A stretch of DNA of 64,000 bases from Candidatus Altimarinota bacterium (GTDB lineage: Bacteria > Patescibacteriota > Gracilibacteria > UBA4473): positions 1,088,001 to 1,152,000 of the forward strand of contig OZ246423.1 of NCBI GenBank assembly GCA_965231215.1, given 5' to 3'. Under the pieces are notes generated by a model. That model was not told the origin of the DNA and did not search any database. It saw only the letters and a program-made list of their open reading frames with translations. Positions within the stretch are counted from its first letter, which is position 1. The number at the start of each line of letters is the position of its first letter. Shown piece by piece: positions 1 to 10,279 of the stretch. Position numbers and translations under genes: made by a program.

Positions 1-123
1 ATGGGGTCTACTAAATCAGAAATTTTTAAAACCATCACTGATCCGGCTACAGATTACCATCAATTTCCGGCGAGAAAATTGCTTGCTTGGGATAATGTGG
101 AGATTTTATTCCTCAATAATTAG
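1..123 (+). CDS. Probable 3' end of a CDS entering from the left edge, product unknown
   Basis: Frame 1 is open from base 1 to TAG at 121-123 (MGSTKSEIFKT...EILFLNN). Confidence 0.45.
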   Translation: MGSTKSEIFKTITDPATDYHQFPARKLLAWDNVEILFLNN

Positions 124-210
124 TCCGTTCAGGAAAGGAGTAAAGTTTTGAAGAAATCCGTTTTGGCTTTAGAATCTAAGACAACTCTTATTTTTTATTT
201 CCACATTTAT

Positions 211-429
211 ATGAAAAAAGAAGGATGGAATTGCTGTCCCGTTACTATGGCTGCTTATATTTTAGTACTCGTTGGAGGCCTAAACTGGGGGGCTGTAGCT
301 TTTGATCTGAACCTGGTAAACACGCTTGTAGGGTCATGGCCAATGGTAGAAAAAGTAGTATATGCTGCTGTTGGTTTTGCAGCGGTATTCTTGGTTATCA
401 AAATGGCTTCTAGTTGCAGTAAAAAGTAA
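211..429 (+). CDS. DUF378-family small membrane protein
   Basis: LVLVGGLNWG...FDLNLV...VVYAAVG signature; ATG at 211 preferred over TTG at 148. Confidence 0.8.
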   Translation: MKKEGWNCCPVTMAAYILVLVGGLNWGAVAFDLNLVNTLVGSWPMVEKVVYAAVGFAAVFLVIKMASSCSKK

Positions 430-550
430 CGGAAACACCACGAGTGTGTGAGTGGCTATGCGAAAATGTTATCCCTTCTTGATATTAAGAGGAGGTTTGT
501 AGGTAATAAAAAGGTGGGATATCTTTCTCGTTTTACTACACTTAAAATAG

Positions 551-1234
551 ATGGAATTAGAGTACAAAATCCGACGCAGTCAGCGAGCCCGGAAGATGCA
601 GATCAGTATAGATCAAAAAGGGGAGGTAGTCTTAGTTTTACCTCGATTTATACCGGAATGGATAGGGCGGAATTTTGTAATCCAAAACCAGCACTGGATT
701 TCTAAAAAAAAGCAAAAAATTTCATTTACTTTACCAGATCAAAAAGCCTGGAAATCGGGTGATGAATTGGTTTTTTTTGATCAAAAATTTTATACAATAA
801 AAGTGCTTAAACCGACGAAAAAATCTCAGTTTGAAACGGTGTTTCAGGCACTACATATTTACGCTGATACTCAAGGAGATATCAATTATCAGATAGAACG
901 ATTCTATCGTCAGCAGGCTCAGAAATATTTAACTTCTAGATCCCATTACTTTGCTGCAATTTTAGGCGTTGATTTTAATAGAATTACTATCAAAAATACG
1001 AAGTCCCGGTGGGGGAGTTGCTCCTCTAAAAAGAACCTGAATTACAATTGGCGTATTATGATGGCTCCCAGAGAGGTGATTGATTATCTAGTAGTTCATG
1101 AGGTTTGTCATTTAAAAGAAATGAACCACTCCCAGGCTTTTTGGAATTTGGTGGCAGGTCTCGATTCAGACTTCAAAACTCATAAAAAGTGGCTTCGAGA
1201 AAACCAAAACAAGCTCCTCAATTTTCTTTTATAA
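551..1234 (+). CDS. YgjP-like (M48/SprT-type) zinc metallohydrolase
   Basis: RWGSCS motif, DYLVVHEVCH (HExxH), NHSQAFW. Confidence 0.9.
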   Translation: MELEYKIRRSQRARKMQISIDQKGEVVLVLPRFIPEWIGRNFVIQNQHWISKKKQKISFTLPDQKAWKSGDELVFFDQKFYTIKVLKPTKKSQFETVFQALHIYADTQGDINYQIERFYRQQAQKYLTSRSHYFAAILGVDFNRITIKNTKSRWGSCSSKKNLNYNWRIMMAPREVIDYLVVHEVCHLKEMNHSQAFWNLVAGLDSDFKTHKKWLRENQNKLLNFLL

Positions 1235-1309
1235 TATTCTGACTTGTTCAGCATACTCAAGTTTATATCATGAGTTCGTTTTTTATCAGACTCTGGGCGA
1301 GCCAGAGTG
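1235..1309 (+). repeat. REP-like palindrome doublet
   Basis: TATTCTGACTTGTTCAGCAT (1235-1254) and inverted ACTCTGGGCGAGCCAGAGT (~1290-1308); related to the 27023 and 29601 copies. Confidence 0.6.
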
Positions 1310-1313
1310 TTAA

Positions 1314-3026
1314 ATGAATATGCCTAAAATAAAAAGACCGCCCCGCCATTTTTTACCCGAAGATTTTATACCCACCACTTGGGAGGCGCTTTCACCCTAT
1401 TTTATGGAGCTTTTAGCCCAGAAGGTTGATTCTGTAAAAGATTTAGAAACGCTACTCAAAAATCGAAGTGAATTAGAAGCCGTGCTAGAAGAAGACTTTG
1501 CGTGGAAGTATATTAAAATGAATAAAGATACCACAGACCAAGAAGCCCAAAAAGCATTCCATGATTTTGTAGAAAATATTCAACCAAAGCTGGCATTAGA
1601 AGGCGATAAATTGAATAAAAAAATTGTTCAAAATGAGCATTTTGAAGCCCTGCCTGATGCCCCTTATTTAACGTATAAAAGAAACCTAAAATCTTCTGTA
1701 GAAATTTTTAGAACTGAAAATGTACCACTCTTTACAGAACTAGAAAAAGAGGCTCAACAATTTGGGTCTATCCAGGGAGCGATGACCATTGAACATGAAG
1801 GTGAAGAACTCACTATGCAGCAGGCGAGCCTGAAACTGCAAGAAAATGATCGAGGTTTGCGTGAAGCAGTGTATCGTAAAACTTCATCCCGAAGAATGCA
1901 GGATCAAAAACCCTTGGACCAACTTTGCTCTGACCTAGTTACTAAAAGACATAAAGTCGCCCAAAATGCGGGATTTGAGAACTTTAGAGATTATATGTTT
2001 GTGGCTCTCGGACGGTTTGATTACACACCACAAGATTGTTTTGACTTTCATCAAGCCGTAAAGACCCATGTAGTTCCAGTAGTGAAAAAAATTCTCCAAC
2101 AGAGAGCCTCAAAGCTGAAGCTGGATACACTTCGTCCTTGGGATATGCATGTAGATGTCTCTGGTAAACCAGCACTTAAACCTTTTGATGGAGCTGATGA
2201 TTTGATTGTAAAGACCAAAGAATGTTTTAATCGTTTAGATCCGTTTTTCGGAGAAGTGATTCAAACTATGGATGATTTAGGTCACTTTGATTTAGAGAGT
2301 CGAAAAGGAAAAGCTCCAGGGGGATTTATGTATCCGCTTTATGAAATTGGAGTGCCATTCATTTATATGAATTCAGTAAACGCGCACCGTGATTTAGAAA
2401 CGATAGTGCATGAAGGCGGGCACGCTATTCACTCAATGCTGACTCGCGACTATCCACTCAATGAATGGAAATCTACACCATCAGAAGTGGCAGAACTGGC
2501 CTCAATGAGCATGGAACTGATTTCTATGGCACACTGGGATGTTTTTTACAGTGCAGAAGAGTTGGAAAGAGCGCGTCAAGAAAAGTTTGAAGAAGTGGTT
2601 ATGGCATTGCCTTGGATTGCGATTGTAGATGCGTTCCAGCACTGGTTGTATGAAAATCCAGATCATACTCCAAAACAACGAAAAGACACCTGGCTTAATA
2701 TCTTGAGCGATTTTGATACTGGAATGGTAGATTATACCGACTTTGAAACCGATAGAGCTATAAAGTGGCAGTCTCAGATGCACATTTATGAAGTGCCTTT
2801 TTACTACATTGAATATGGTTTTGCTCAATTAGGAGCTATTGCCATGTGGAAAAACTTTGAAACCGACAATGTCAAAGGACTTGAAGGCTATCAGGATTTT
2901 ATGAAACTTGGATATACTAAGACCATTCCTGAAATATATGAGGCTGCTGGGATCAAATTTGATTTTTCACCGAGCTATATCAAAGATTTAATGGACTTTG
3001 TTGAAGGTCACATGCAGTTTGATTAA
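1314..3026 (+). CDS. M3-family oligoendopeptidase (PepF-like)
   Basis: HEGGH zinc motif, EVAELASMSME, HIYEVPFYYIEY, RKGKAPGG. Confidence 0.92.
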   Translation: MNMPKIKRPPRHFLPEDFIPTTWEALSPYFMELLAQKVDSVKDLETLLKNRSELEAVLEEDFAWKYIKMNKDTTDQEAQKAFHDFVENIQPKLALEGDKLNKKIVQNEHFEALPDAPYLTYKRNLKSSVEIFRTENVPLFTELEKEAQQFGSIQGAMTIEHEGEELTMQQASLKLQENDRGLREAVYRKTSSRRMQDQKPLDQLCSDLVTKRHKVAQNAGFENFRDYMFVALGRFDYTPQDCFDFHQAVKTHVVPVVKKILQQRASKLKLDTLRPWDMHVDVSGKPALKPFDGADDLIVKTKECFNRLDPFFGEVIQTMDDLGHFDLESRKGKAPGGFMYPLYEIGVPFIYMNSVNAHRDLETIVHEGGHAIHSMLTRDYPLNEWKSTPSEVAELASMSMELISMAHWDVFYSAEELERARQEKFEEVVMALPWIAIVDAFQHWLYENPDHTPKQRKDTWLNILSDFDTGMVDYTDFETDRAIKWQSQMHIYEVPFYYIEYGFAQLGAIAMWKNFETDNVKGLEGYQDFMKLGYTKTIPEIYEAAGIKFDFSPSYIKDLMDFVEGHMQFD

Positions 3027-3036
3027 GAATCATCAT

Positions 3037-4458
3037 TTAAGACTCTGTGCCCCCTCTGAGTTTTTTGATGAGTTCTGTACAAGTGCCAACGAAATTATGG
3101 ATACTTGGAGCAGGCGCTTCAGCTCGACCATCGTGATGAAAATCTACATAAAAGAGAGAAGCACAAGCCTGAAATTGCTCTGAGAGGTTGCTCGTCACAT
3201 TGAGCAGGTATTCTGCTCGAGCTGCCATAGCGCCCGTAAATTCATCGGGGTCACTCGCAATATTAAAAAAAACTTCAGGTCTCTGTACTCCATGCTGAAC
3301 TGCATTTTTTTTATTGATGGGAACCCCCGCTTCAGCCGCTGATTTAAATTCTGCTTCGTAGTTTTCCCAAGTATAGCTACTATCATTCGTAGCCTGATTT
3401 TTTAGGAGTGTTTCAGTTTGGAATACGCTTCTAATAGCGTGGGCTTCACTGGTAGCTTTTGGGCCCCAAAACTTGACGCTTTTCATCGCTCTAGCTCTGA
3501 GCCGTTCTACTACTTTAGCGGCTTGTTCCCGGCTTTCATTTTTTTCGGTTAATCTTGCGATTTCTTCCTGAACTTCAGGTGGTTCATCATCGTGGGCGGC
3601 GATCTCTGGAATATCTAGAGAGCTTCCAGTAATGGCTTCATACTGCTCATTTAGAGTTTCAAATTGATCAACGGCCTGGGATTCAATATTTTCAGCCTCG
3701 ATGAGGCGACTTTCAATATCACTTACCTCGGGATGTCTTTCATAAAAACTACGGCTCCCACAAAGCTCTAAAAGATTATCTAATTCAGTGCGACAATCAC
3801 TGGTGGGAGTTCCAATACTTTGATTATATTTTTTGATAAAAGTTTTGATATACTTTTGTTTAATATTTCGAGCCTTCATTACCTCTTGTCGCCAGGCTTT
3901 TACGGCATTTTCGTTGCCGCTAACTTCATCTAATTTTTCGTACCAGGCATCAATTTCATTTTGGGGGAAGTAGTTTTGGAGGTCTCGATCTAAGTCTGTT
4001 TTAGCCTTTTCTAAAGCTTTCTCTTTGAACTTTGCAATGTTTTCATATTCGAGCTTGGTTTCTTCAAAGATTTTATGAAGGGCTTTTAACTTTGGATCAA
4101 GATACTGACTTGTGAGGGTTTCAGGATTAAATGGAATAAAATCCTCCCAGAAAGTTTTTAAATATTCTTTCATCAAGGCCGTTGTTCCATAGGGTGTCAT
4201 CTCTAGTTCGAAAGCTTCTACAGAGTTTTTGAGCGTAACCGCATTTTGAATTAAATTTTCAATACTGCGTTTAGCCATCTCACTTTGATCAACATCAAAA
4301 ATACGCTGAATGTGATCAGTTAAAGGCTTATGTAATCTAGAGTTGGTTTGTTCTCGGATAATTTTTTTCTGATACTCTAGAAAGCTTACATCTGCAGGGC
4401 TTATGCTGCTTTCTATAGACGGATCATCTTCACTCGTACTGGGTTCTGACACATTCAT
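3037..4458 (-). CDS. Hypothetical helical/coiled-coil protein, 473 aa
   Basis: Long E/K-rich ORF, acidic disordered N-terminus, no recognisable motif. Confidence 0.75.
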   Translation of the reverse strand: MNVSEPSTSEDDPSIESSISPADVSFLEYQKKIIREQTNSRLHKPLTDHIQRIFDVDQSEMAKRSIENLIQNAVTLKNSVEAFELEMTPYGTTALMKEYLKTFWEDFIPFNPETLTSQYLDPKLKALHKIFEETKLEYENIAKFKEKALEKAKTDLDRDLQNYFPQNEIDAWYEKLDEVSGNENAVKAWRQEVMKARNIKQKYIKTFIKKYNQSIGTPTSDCRTELDNLLELCGSRSFYERHPEVSDIESRLIEAENIESQAVDQFETLNEQYEAITGSSLDIPEIAAHDDEPPEVQEEIARLTEKNESREQAAKVVERLRARAMKSVKFWGPKATSEAHAIRSVFQTETLLKNQATNDSSYTWENYEAEFKSAAEAGVPINKKNAVQHGVQRPEVFFNIASDPDEFTGAMAARAEYLLNVTSNLSEQFQACASLFYVDFHHDGRAEAPAPSIHNFVGTCTELIKKLRGGTES

Positions 4459-4478
4459 TCCACGAAGGATTATATGAT

Positions 4479-4504
4479 AAAAGGCTCGGATTGCCGAGCC
4501 TTTT
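4479..4504. terminator. Intrinsic terminator
   Basis: AAAAGGCTCGG-ATTG-CCGAGCCTTTT just downstream of the minus-strand gene ending at 4526. Confidence 0.8.
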
Positions 4505-4525
4505 ATTTATTTTTTAAATTTTTTT

Positions 4526-4882
4526 TTACTGAGTAGTTTCTTCAACTTCTGCTTCTGTTGCTGGTGAAGCAATTGGATCAACTTCAACCGGAGTTTCTAC
4601 AGGGGCTTGGATTTCAGGAAGTTCTAAAGCCTCACATTCAACATTGATGAGATTTACTTCAACTTTGTTGTTTTCATCTAGATGATTAAACAGATTGACT
4701 GGTTGACATGGAGCATTCTTTGCTCGAGCAATAATTTCACTAATAGCTTGGGCTTGTCCAGTCCTGAGGGCGGCTTCAATAGTTTGTTTGTCTACCTCAT
4801 CATTTCGGTGTTTTCCATCTTTACAGGCAGTAATAGCAAGAGCAACGATGATAAGGCTACAGAAAGTAATAAAATTTTTCAT
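4526..4882 (-). CDS. Hypothetical lipoprotein
   Basis: MKNFITFCSLIIVALAITAC lipobox-type signal; acidic P/E/T tail. Confidence 0.7.
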   Translation of the reverse strand: MKNFITFCSLIIVALAITACKDGKHRNDEVDKQTIEAALRTGQAQAISEIIARAKNAPCQPVNLFNHLDENNKVEVNLINVECEALELPEIQAPVETPVEVDPIASPATEAEVEETTQ

Positions 4883-4997
4883 GGGTGAAAATAGGATTAA
4901 AAATTTAAATCGGAACAATTTTAGCGACTTCAAAAACTAAGGGCAATTATTAATATATTTACTTTCTATGAATAGATTTTTATGATATAATTATGGG

Positions 4998-6692
4998 ATG
5001 AAAATTTATTTTAGTTCAGTGTCTTTCAATTCTTTAAAATTATTTTTAAAGCGTCATGATGATTTGATTGGGGATGAAGTGCTTAACGATCAAGTGGATC
5101 TCAGTGTTGATTGGGGCGAAGAAATGAAGAAAAGTAAGATTTGGACTACTTCAACCCAAAATCGTCTAGCGCTTCAGATTGAGGCGGAGAGTAATACTAC
5201 TCAAAAAAAAGTAAGACAAGTTCAACGAGGAGATACCTTGGGTGCTATTGTTAAAGGATTAACTGGAAGCCTGGACTGGAGCCAGTCTGTAGATTATAAA
5301 AGCTCAAAATTGGGAAATAGACGTAAGCCAAAGGTTTTGCATAAAGCCAATCTCATCTATCCTGGACAGTATGTTTGGGTAGAAAATGGGGTTATTATTG
5401 TGTCGGACACAAAACCAGCCACAAAGCCAAGGCCAAGACCTCAACCAAGGCAAGAACCATCAAAAGATGATTCAGAACCAGTACCACTACCTCAGCATAA
5501 GCCTAAAGATGAACCAGAGATTGAGGTTAAACCTAAAAAGAAGTCTAAGAAAAAACCCAAAAAACAACCTGAAAAAGCACCCTCTAGCCCTGAACCACCA
5601 GCAACTCAAGAATCACCAAAACAACCTCCAAAGAAACAAAAACCCCCTGAAAAAGTACTGGTCCCTCAACAACCTCATCCTTTGCCAAAGAGGCCTGAGA
5701 TGACTAACTGGGATCCCCAATTGAGATTTAAACAGCAAGTACGTTTTAATCAATTAGAGCCAGAAAAGAAAAAGACTTTAAACTCTTTTTTTAATGTATC
5801 ACCAACAGATAGGTTTGATAAATATACATTTTCTGTAGTGAACCTGCCGCGCAGAACTCAGGGTATTTTAGATCAAGCACGGGAGGGTTTTCCAAAGGAT
5901 ACAGAGATTGATGTTTTAGGAAGTCGTGATATAGATATTCCAGGGTTTGCTAGTTTCTTACGCTCAGAAAACTCTGTGAATTTTACTTTAAGTAGAAAAA
6001 GAGTTAAAAACATAGAAGTAGAGCGACGCGGAGAATCACTAATTCTACTAAATTTTTTTGAAGGAAATAAATCGATCCTTAAAACTAAAGGAGGGCTTAA
6101 TGGTGATTTTACCAAAACAGCTCTTCTGAACGAATACAGTCATCAAGTAACGAATGACCTAGTTCATCGATACAAAAGCCTATGGGTTAAACAATATGTA
6201 GGAAAACCAGATCATGAGCTCCCAAGCAATATTCATGAGGTTATGAAAGCTTCACTCATAGATGGATTTTCTCACCCAGATATTCCATCTGGGAGGTATA
6301 ATTTCAATATGTTTAATGAGCTGCAATCTGATTGTATGTCTCATTCAGTCTATCCAGAAAGTTTGGAGGCAGTGTATTTTGTCTATGGGCAACAACCACT
6401 AGAGCCTGTACAGTATGCTTTGAATCGTGATTTTGTAGCTTTTCAATTGAGTAAATTTTTAAAAGAAAATGGTCACGGAAACTATACAAAAGATCAAATT
6501 AATCAAGCTTTTAGAGATTACTTTAATGCTTGGAGTCAAGGTCAAGCAACAAGAGTTGAAGAAATTATTGATCGATTCCACTTTAAAGATCCAGCTTTTT
6601 ATGCTCATATGCAAGAGAAATACACTGTAGTAGGAGAGGCGTTTTACGCGCATCTAGCTCAAAAAATTCAGAATATAAAACTAACTGCCTAG
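4998..6692 (+). CDS. LysM-domain protein with Pro/Lys-rich linker and unknown C-terminal domain
   Basis: VQRGDTLGAIV...ANLIYPGQ LysM motif followed by a ~100-aa P/K/Q/E linker. Confidence 0.75.
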   Translation: MKIYFSSVSFNSLKLFLKRHDDLIGDEVLNDQVDLSVDWGEEMKKSKIWTTSTQNRLALQIEAESNTTQKKVRQVQRGDTLGAIVKGLTGSLDWSQSVDYKSSKLGNRRKPKVLHKANLIYPGQYVWVENGVIIVSDTKPATKPRPRPQPRQEPSKDDSEPVPLPQHKPKDEPEIEVKPKKKSKKKPKKQPEKAPSSPEPPATQESPKQPPKKQKPPEKVLVPQQPHPLPKRPEMTNWDPQLRFKQQVRFNQLEPEKKKTLNSFFNVSPTDRFDKYTFSVVNLPRRTQGILDQAREGFPKDTEIDVLGSRDIDIPGFASFLRSENSVNFTLSRKRVKNIEVERRGESLILLNFFEGNKSILKTKGGLNGDFTKTALLNEYSHQVTNDLVHRYKSLWVKQYVGKPDHELPSNIHEVMKASLIDGFSHPDIPSGRYNFNMFNELQSDCMSHSVYPESLEAVYFVYGQQPLEPVQYALNRDFVAFQLSKFLKENGHGNYTKDQINQAFRDYFNAWSQGQATRVEEIIDRFHFKDPAFYAHMQEKYTVVGEAFYAHLAQKIQNIKLTA

Positions 6693-6696
6693 AGCC

Positions 6697-8175
6697 CTAT
6701 CCTCTGTATCGGAAAAATAACCGAAGCCATCTTCGAACTTTTTCAGAAAAAAGCTTAGACCCATAATGTGATCCGGCGGCCCACTTACTGGCTTCACCAA
6801 AAGTTGGGTAAATAAAGGTCGATCTGGCAATTTTACTGAGTTTGAGTTTTTGATTTATGGCCAGCTGCCATTCACGGATCATCTCGCCGGCACGCGATCC
6901 TACAATTTGAGCGCCAATGACGCGTTCTTTCTTATCAATGATAATTTTTACAAATCCCATAGTTTCACTTTCAGTGAGAGCTCTATCATTTTTAGCAAAA
7001 TCAAACTTTACAATGGTATGTGGGATTTTGGCTTTTTTAACGGTGTGTTCGCTGTAGCCGATGCTAGCGACTTCGGGGTCAGTATAGATAGTCCATCCAA
7101 TGGTTTGGTAGTCTGCCTTGGCTGGGATATGTAAAATTTCATTAGCCAAAACGATGCCAGCTTCATAATTGGCAGTATGGGTAAACATGGATTTACCGTT
7201 TACATCCCCAATGGCGGTAATGTGTTTTTTGTTAGTACGGCATTTTTTATCCACGGTAATACCTCGTTCTGTGAATTTTACGCCGGCGGCACCTAAGTCT
7301 AATGCTGTATTGGGTTGCCTGCCAGCGGCGACCAAAATTTCATGGGCTTCAAGAACACTGGTTTCACCAGTTTCACTATTTTTAATATAGATATTTTTGT
7401 AAATATCATTCTTTTCAACTTTCTCAATCTCGGTGTTTAGTAGTACTTTTACGCCTTCTTCTTCGAATACTTGATTCATAGTATTGGCTATGTCATCAGC
7501 AAAACGTCCAAAAAATTTAGCATGTTGTTCTAAGATAGTTACTTCACTTCCAAGTCGTGTAAATGACTGAGCCAGCTCTGAGGCAATAACGCCACCTCCA
7601 ATAATGGCCAGTTTTTTAGGAAATTCACGAATTCGGAAAACGTCTTCATTGGTAATGAAACCAGTTTCTTTTAACCCTGGGATTTCTGGAATCCTTGGGT
7701 GAGAACCTGTAGCAATACAGATTTTTTTTCCCTGTACTTGAGCATTCCCAGCGGTAGTCATACCTTCCGGTTGCAGAGAGGTAAGCCGAGGATTAAACCT
7801 AATGTTTACTTTGTGTGATCCAAGAAAATTAGCGGTTCCAAAAACCACCTCACACCCTAGTTTTCTAAATCTATCTGGGTGATCATGTTTTTGTATATGA
7901 CCTTGTATATTAGCTATTCGATTCACCACATTAGACCAATCAACTTTAAGCGCTGTTGATTCTAGGCCATATTTTTGTGCGTGTTTGATTTGATGAGCTA
8001 GCTTAGAAGTCTTTATCAAAGATTTACTCGGTACACATCCGTAATGCAGACAATCACCTCCCAACATCTCGGCTGATATGAGTAAGGTTTTAACCCCTAA
8101 CTGAGCCGCTCCAGAAGCTAAGCTCAACCCTCCTGAACCACCTCCAATAATGATAAGATCGTAGTCGTAAGCCAT
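6697..8175 (-). CDS. FAD-dependent pyridine nucleotide-disulfide oxidoreductase (LPD/MerA-like)
   Basis: GGGSGG FAD motif, GGDCLHYGCVPSK redox disulfide, IATGS, AIGDV. Confidence 0.9.
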   Translation of the reverse strand: MAYDYDLIIIGGGSGGLSLASGAAQLGVKTLLISAEMLGGDCLHYGCVPSKSLIKTSKLAHQIKHAQKYGLESTALKVDWSNVVNRIANIQGHIQKHDHPDRFRKLGCEVVFGTANFLGSHKVNIRFNPRLTSLQPEGMTTAGNAQVQGKKICIATGSHPRIPEIPGLKETGFITNEDVFRIREFPKKLAIIGGGVIASELAQSFTRLGSEVTILEQHAKFFGRFADDIANTMNQVFEEEGVKVLLNTEIEKVEKNDIYKNIYIKNSETGETSVLEAHEILVAAGRQPNTALDLGAAGVKFTERGITVDKKCRTNKKHITAIGDVNGKSMFTHTANYEAGIVLANEILHIPAKADYQTIGWTIYTDPEVASIGYSEHTVKKAKIPHTIVKFDFAKNDRALTESETMGFVKIIIDKKERVIGAQIVGSRAGEMIREWQLAINQKLKLSKIARSTFIYPTFGEASKWAAGSHYGSKLFSEKVRRWLRLFFRYRG

Positions 8176-8187
8176 AAATATAAAGAG

Positions 8188-8853
8188 TTATTTTTCTTCG
8201 CCTTGGAATTTTTTCACTATTTTGGGGACGAGTAAAACCAAAACAATCAGAACCGCTGGTAAAATCAGCGCCTTTGGGCCTTTTAACAAAGAGTCTCCAA
8301 AAAACACAAAGGCTGGACTAAAAATCATATTCGTCACCAATGTAGCGATGAAAAAGTCTCGAGCCTTAGCCGTCTTAATCATTCCAGCTGCATAGCTGAG
8401 TGGAGCGTAGGGGAGGAATAAGCATCTTAAGATGAAAAAGTTTCTGAGTCCGTTTTTTTGGCATTTTTCTTCGAGTGTTTTGATGAGGCTCCCAATGCCT
8501 TTTTTCTGTTTAAGGGCGTGTACTTTGTCTGAACCCAAATTCTTACTAACATAAAAGGCTGTTTGAGCCGCTGCTGTGGCCGCAATTATCACATAAATTG
8601 ATCCCCAAAGTTTCCCAAAAAGGAGTCCGGCTAAAACTGTAAAAAGCGCCGCAGAGACAAACAATAAAGTCAAAACGTAATAGATCACTATAAACACTAT
8701 CGGCGCAAAAACGCCGAAGGATTCTATAGTAGATTTCAAGTTCTCAGGGCTTGTAAAGGCCTTAATCTCATCAAAATACTGTAGCTGGTGTATACAATAA
8801 ATGCCACTTCCCATGAGGGTGAGCACCAAAAGCAGGATAAGCCATTTTCGCAT
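8188..8853 (-). CDS. TVP38/TMEM64 (DedA/VTT) family membrane protein
   Basis: AGLLFGKLWG, LRCLFLPYAPLSYAAG; adjacent to an LPD-like oxidoreductase, a common pairing. Confidence 0.85.
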   Translation of the reverse strand: MRKWLILLLVLTLMGSGIYCIHQLQYFDEIKAFTSPENLKSTIESFGVFAPIVFIVIYYVLTLLFVSAALFTVLAGLLFGKLWGSIYVIIAATAAAQTAFYVSKNLGSDKVHALKQKKGIGSLIKTLEEKCQKNGLRNFFILRCLFLPYAPLSYAAGMIKTAKARDFFIATLVTNMIFSPAFVFFGDSLLKGPKALILPAVLIVLVLLVPKIVKKFQGEEK

Positions 8854-8909
8854 TGGTGTATATTTTATGAGAGGGCGGGAGAAATTAAAAGGAAGAGATG
8901 TGGTCTATG

Positions 8910-9812
8910 CTACTGGTTTGGGAAACCACTTTTGGAAACCCAGATATCATCAACATACAGCGTTTGGATGTTTGTTTCATTAGTATTTCCAGTCCCACCA
9001 ATCTCTAGGATGTTATAGACACTGCTAGGAGTTGGGAGAGTTCGCCCTTTATGGTGAATAAGTTTGCGATCATTTTGCCATACTTCCATCTGCCCACTAG
9101 TGGTTCCAGAGAGCTTCATTTTAACCCGAATATTCACCCATTTATTACGCGGAACTGAAATCTGTTCCATGAGGTCTTGGCTAAAGAGCTTGGCTTTGGG
9201 CATCCAGTTGTCTAGGTCTGAATAGATGTAGTTTTGCCCCTCAAAAAACAACCTTCTGCCGGGTTCTCCTAGGTATCTAAGAGAATGATGAGGAGACCTA
9301 ATAGCCAAAAATGAAAGTCCCTTTAGGTTCTGGACAGAATCTTCTGGTCCCTCGAAATAAAACCACCCAGAAAAATAAAAATCATCGCCTTCTTTAAAAT
9401 CAAAAAGCTGCCTCCTGATGGCGACTTTAGAATCTCCAAACCACTGCCTTTTAAAAGGATGTACAGTGAATTTTAAAGCATTGCGACCGCGGAAGGTGTT
9501 TTCATTTTGGATTTCAAAATGGTTTTGGTTTTCATCCATAGTACAATTATAAACCCCCAGCATACAGTATTTGATAGGGCGACGGATTTTTTTCTCATTA
9601 TTTTGGACGATCACTTCATGCCATCGTGAGTAATCTTGAGGAAATAAATCACTAATACTGCTGGCCTTCTCAAATCCATCAAAAAACTGATTTGTCTTTG
9701 GCTGAGTTGTGTAGGCTTCCTTCATTTTTTTTTGCTCAGGAGTCTGGTAAGCCACGTTGTATCCTACCCAGAGGAGTCCTAGTAAGATAGCGATTTTTAT
9801 AATTTTTCCCAT
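8910..9812 (-). CDS. Membrane-anchored polysaccharide-lyase-like (jelly-roll) protein
   Basis: N-terminal TM; GRNALKF, FYFSGWFYF, VPRNKWV, MEVWQND, LYVDDI pattern. Confidence 0.55.
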   Translation of the reverse strand: MGKIIKIAILLGLLWVGYNVAYQTPEQKKMKEAYTTQPKTNQFFDGFEKASSISDLFPQDYSRWHEVIVQNNEKKIRRPIKYCMLGVYNCTMDENQNHFEIQNENTFRGRNALKFTVHPFKRQWFGDSKVAIRRQLFDFKEGDDFYFSGWFYFEGPEDSVQNLKGLSFLAIRSPHHSLRYLGEPGRRLFFEGQNYIYSDLDNWMPKAKLFSQDLMEQISVPRNKWVNIRVKMKLSGTTSGQMEVWQNDRKLIHHKGRTLPTPSSVYNILEIGGTGNTNETNIQTLYVDDIWVSKSGFPNQ

Positions 9813-9829
9813 ATGTTTTTGTTTTTTTT

Positions 9830-10165
9830 TTAGCACAGGCGTGTACCGTTTTGTACGCTAGATTCTGTGGTTGTAAGTATAACACCATTAGGGCAATGAA
9901 ATCCAGTAATCAGTACTTCGGACATAAAATTGGCTACCTGTTTGGGCTTAAAGTTAGTCACACAAATGACCTGTAGACCTATTAAATTTTTAGGTGAATA
10001 GTTCTTGGTGAGTTGGGCTGAAGATTTTTTGACGCCAAGCTCATCACCCAAATCCACCCAGACTTTGTAGGCTGGATTTTTGGCTTTGGGAAATATCTCT
10101 GCTTTGGTGATGGTTCCAACGCGTAGATCTACTTTTTCAAAATCAGCCCATGAAATTTTTTCCAT
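9830..10165 (-). CDS. csaA: tRNA-binding/chaperone CsaA
   Basis: ISWADFEKVDLRVGTI, KKSSAQLT, NFKPKQVANFMSEVL. Confidence 0.9.
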   Translation of the reverse strand: MEKISWADFEKVDLRVGTITKAEIFPKAKNPAYKVWVDLGDELGVKKSSAQLTKNYSPKNLIGLQVICVTNFKPKQVANFMSEVLITGFHCPNGVILTTTESSVQNGTRLC

Positions 10166-10279
10166 GAGCTGATTGTAGTTAAGTTTTATAAAAACTTTAA
10201 GCGGCTAAAAAAAATTAAGGGCTAAATATAGTAGAAGTTTTTTTGTAGTTCTTGAAATTTTAACCTAAAATTCAGATTA

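Noticed and set aside
6697-8175. Mercury resistance gene merA
   Set aside because: No C-terminal Cys-Cys pair, no metal-binding domain and no mer genes nearby.
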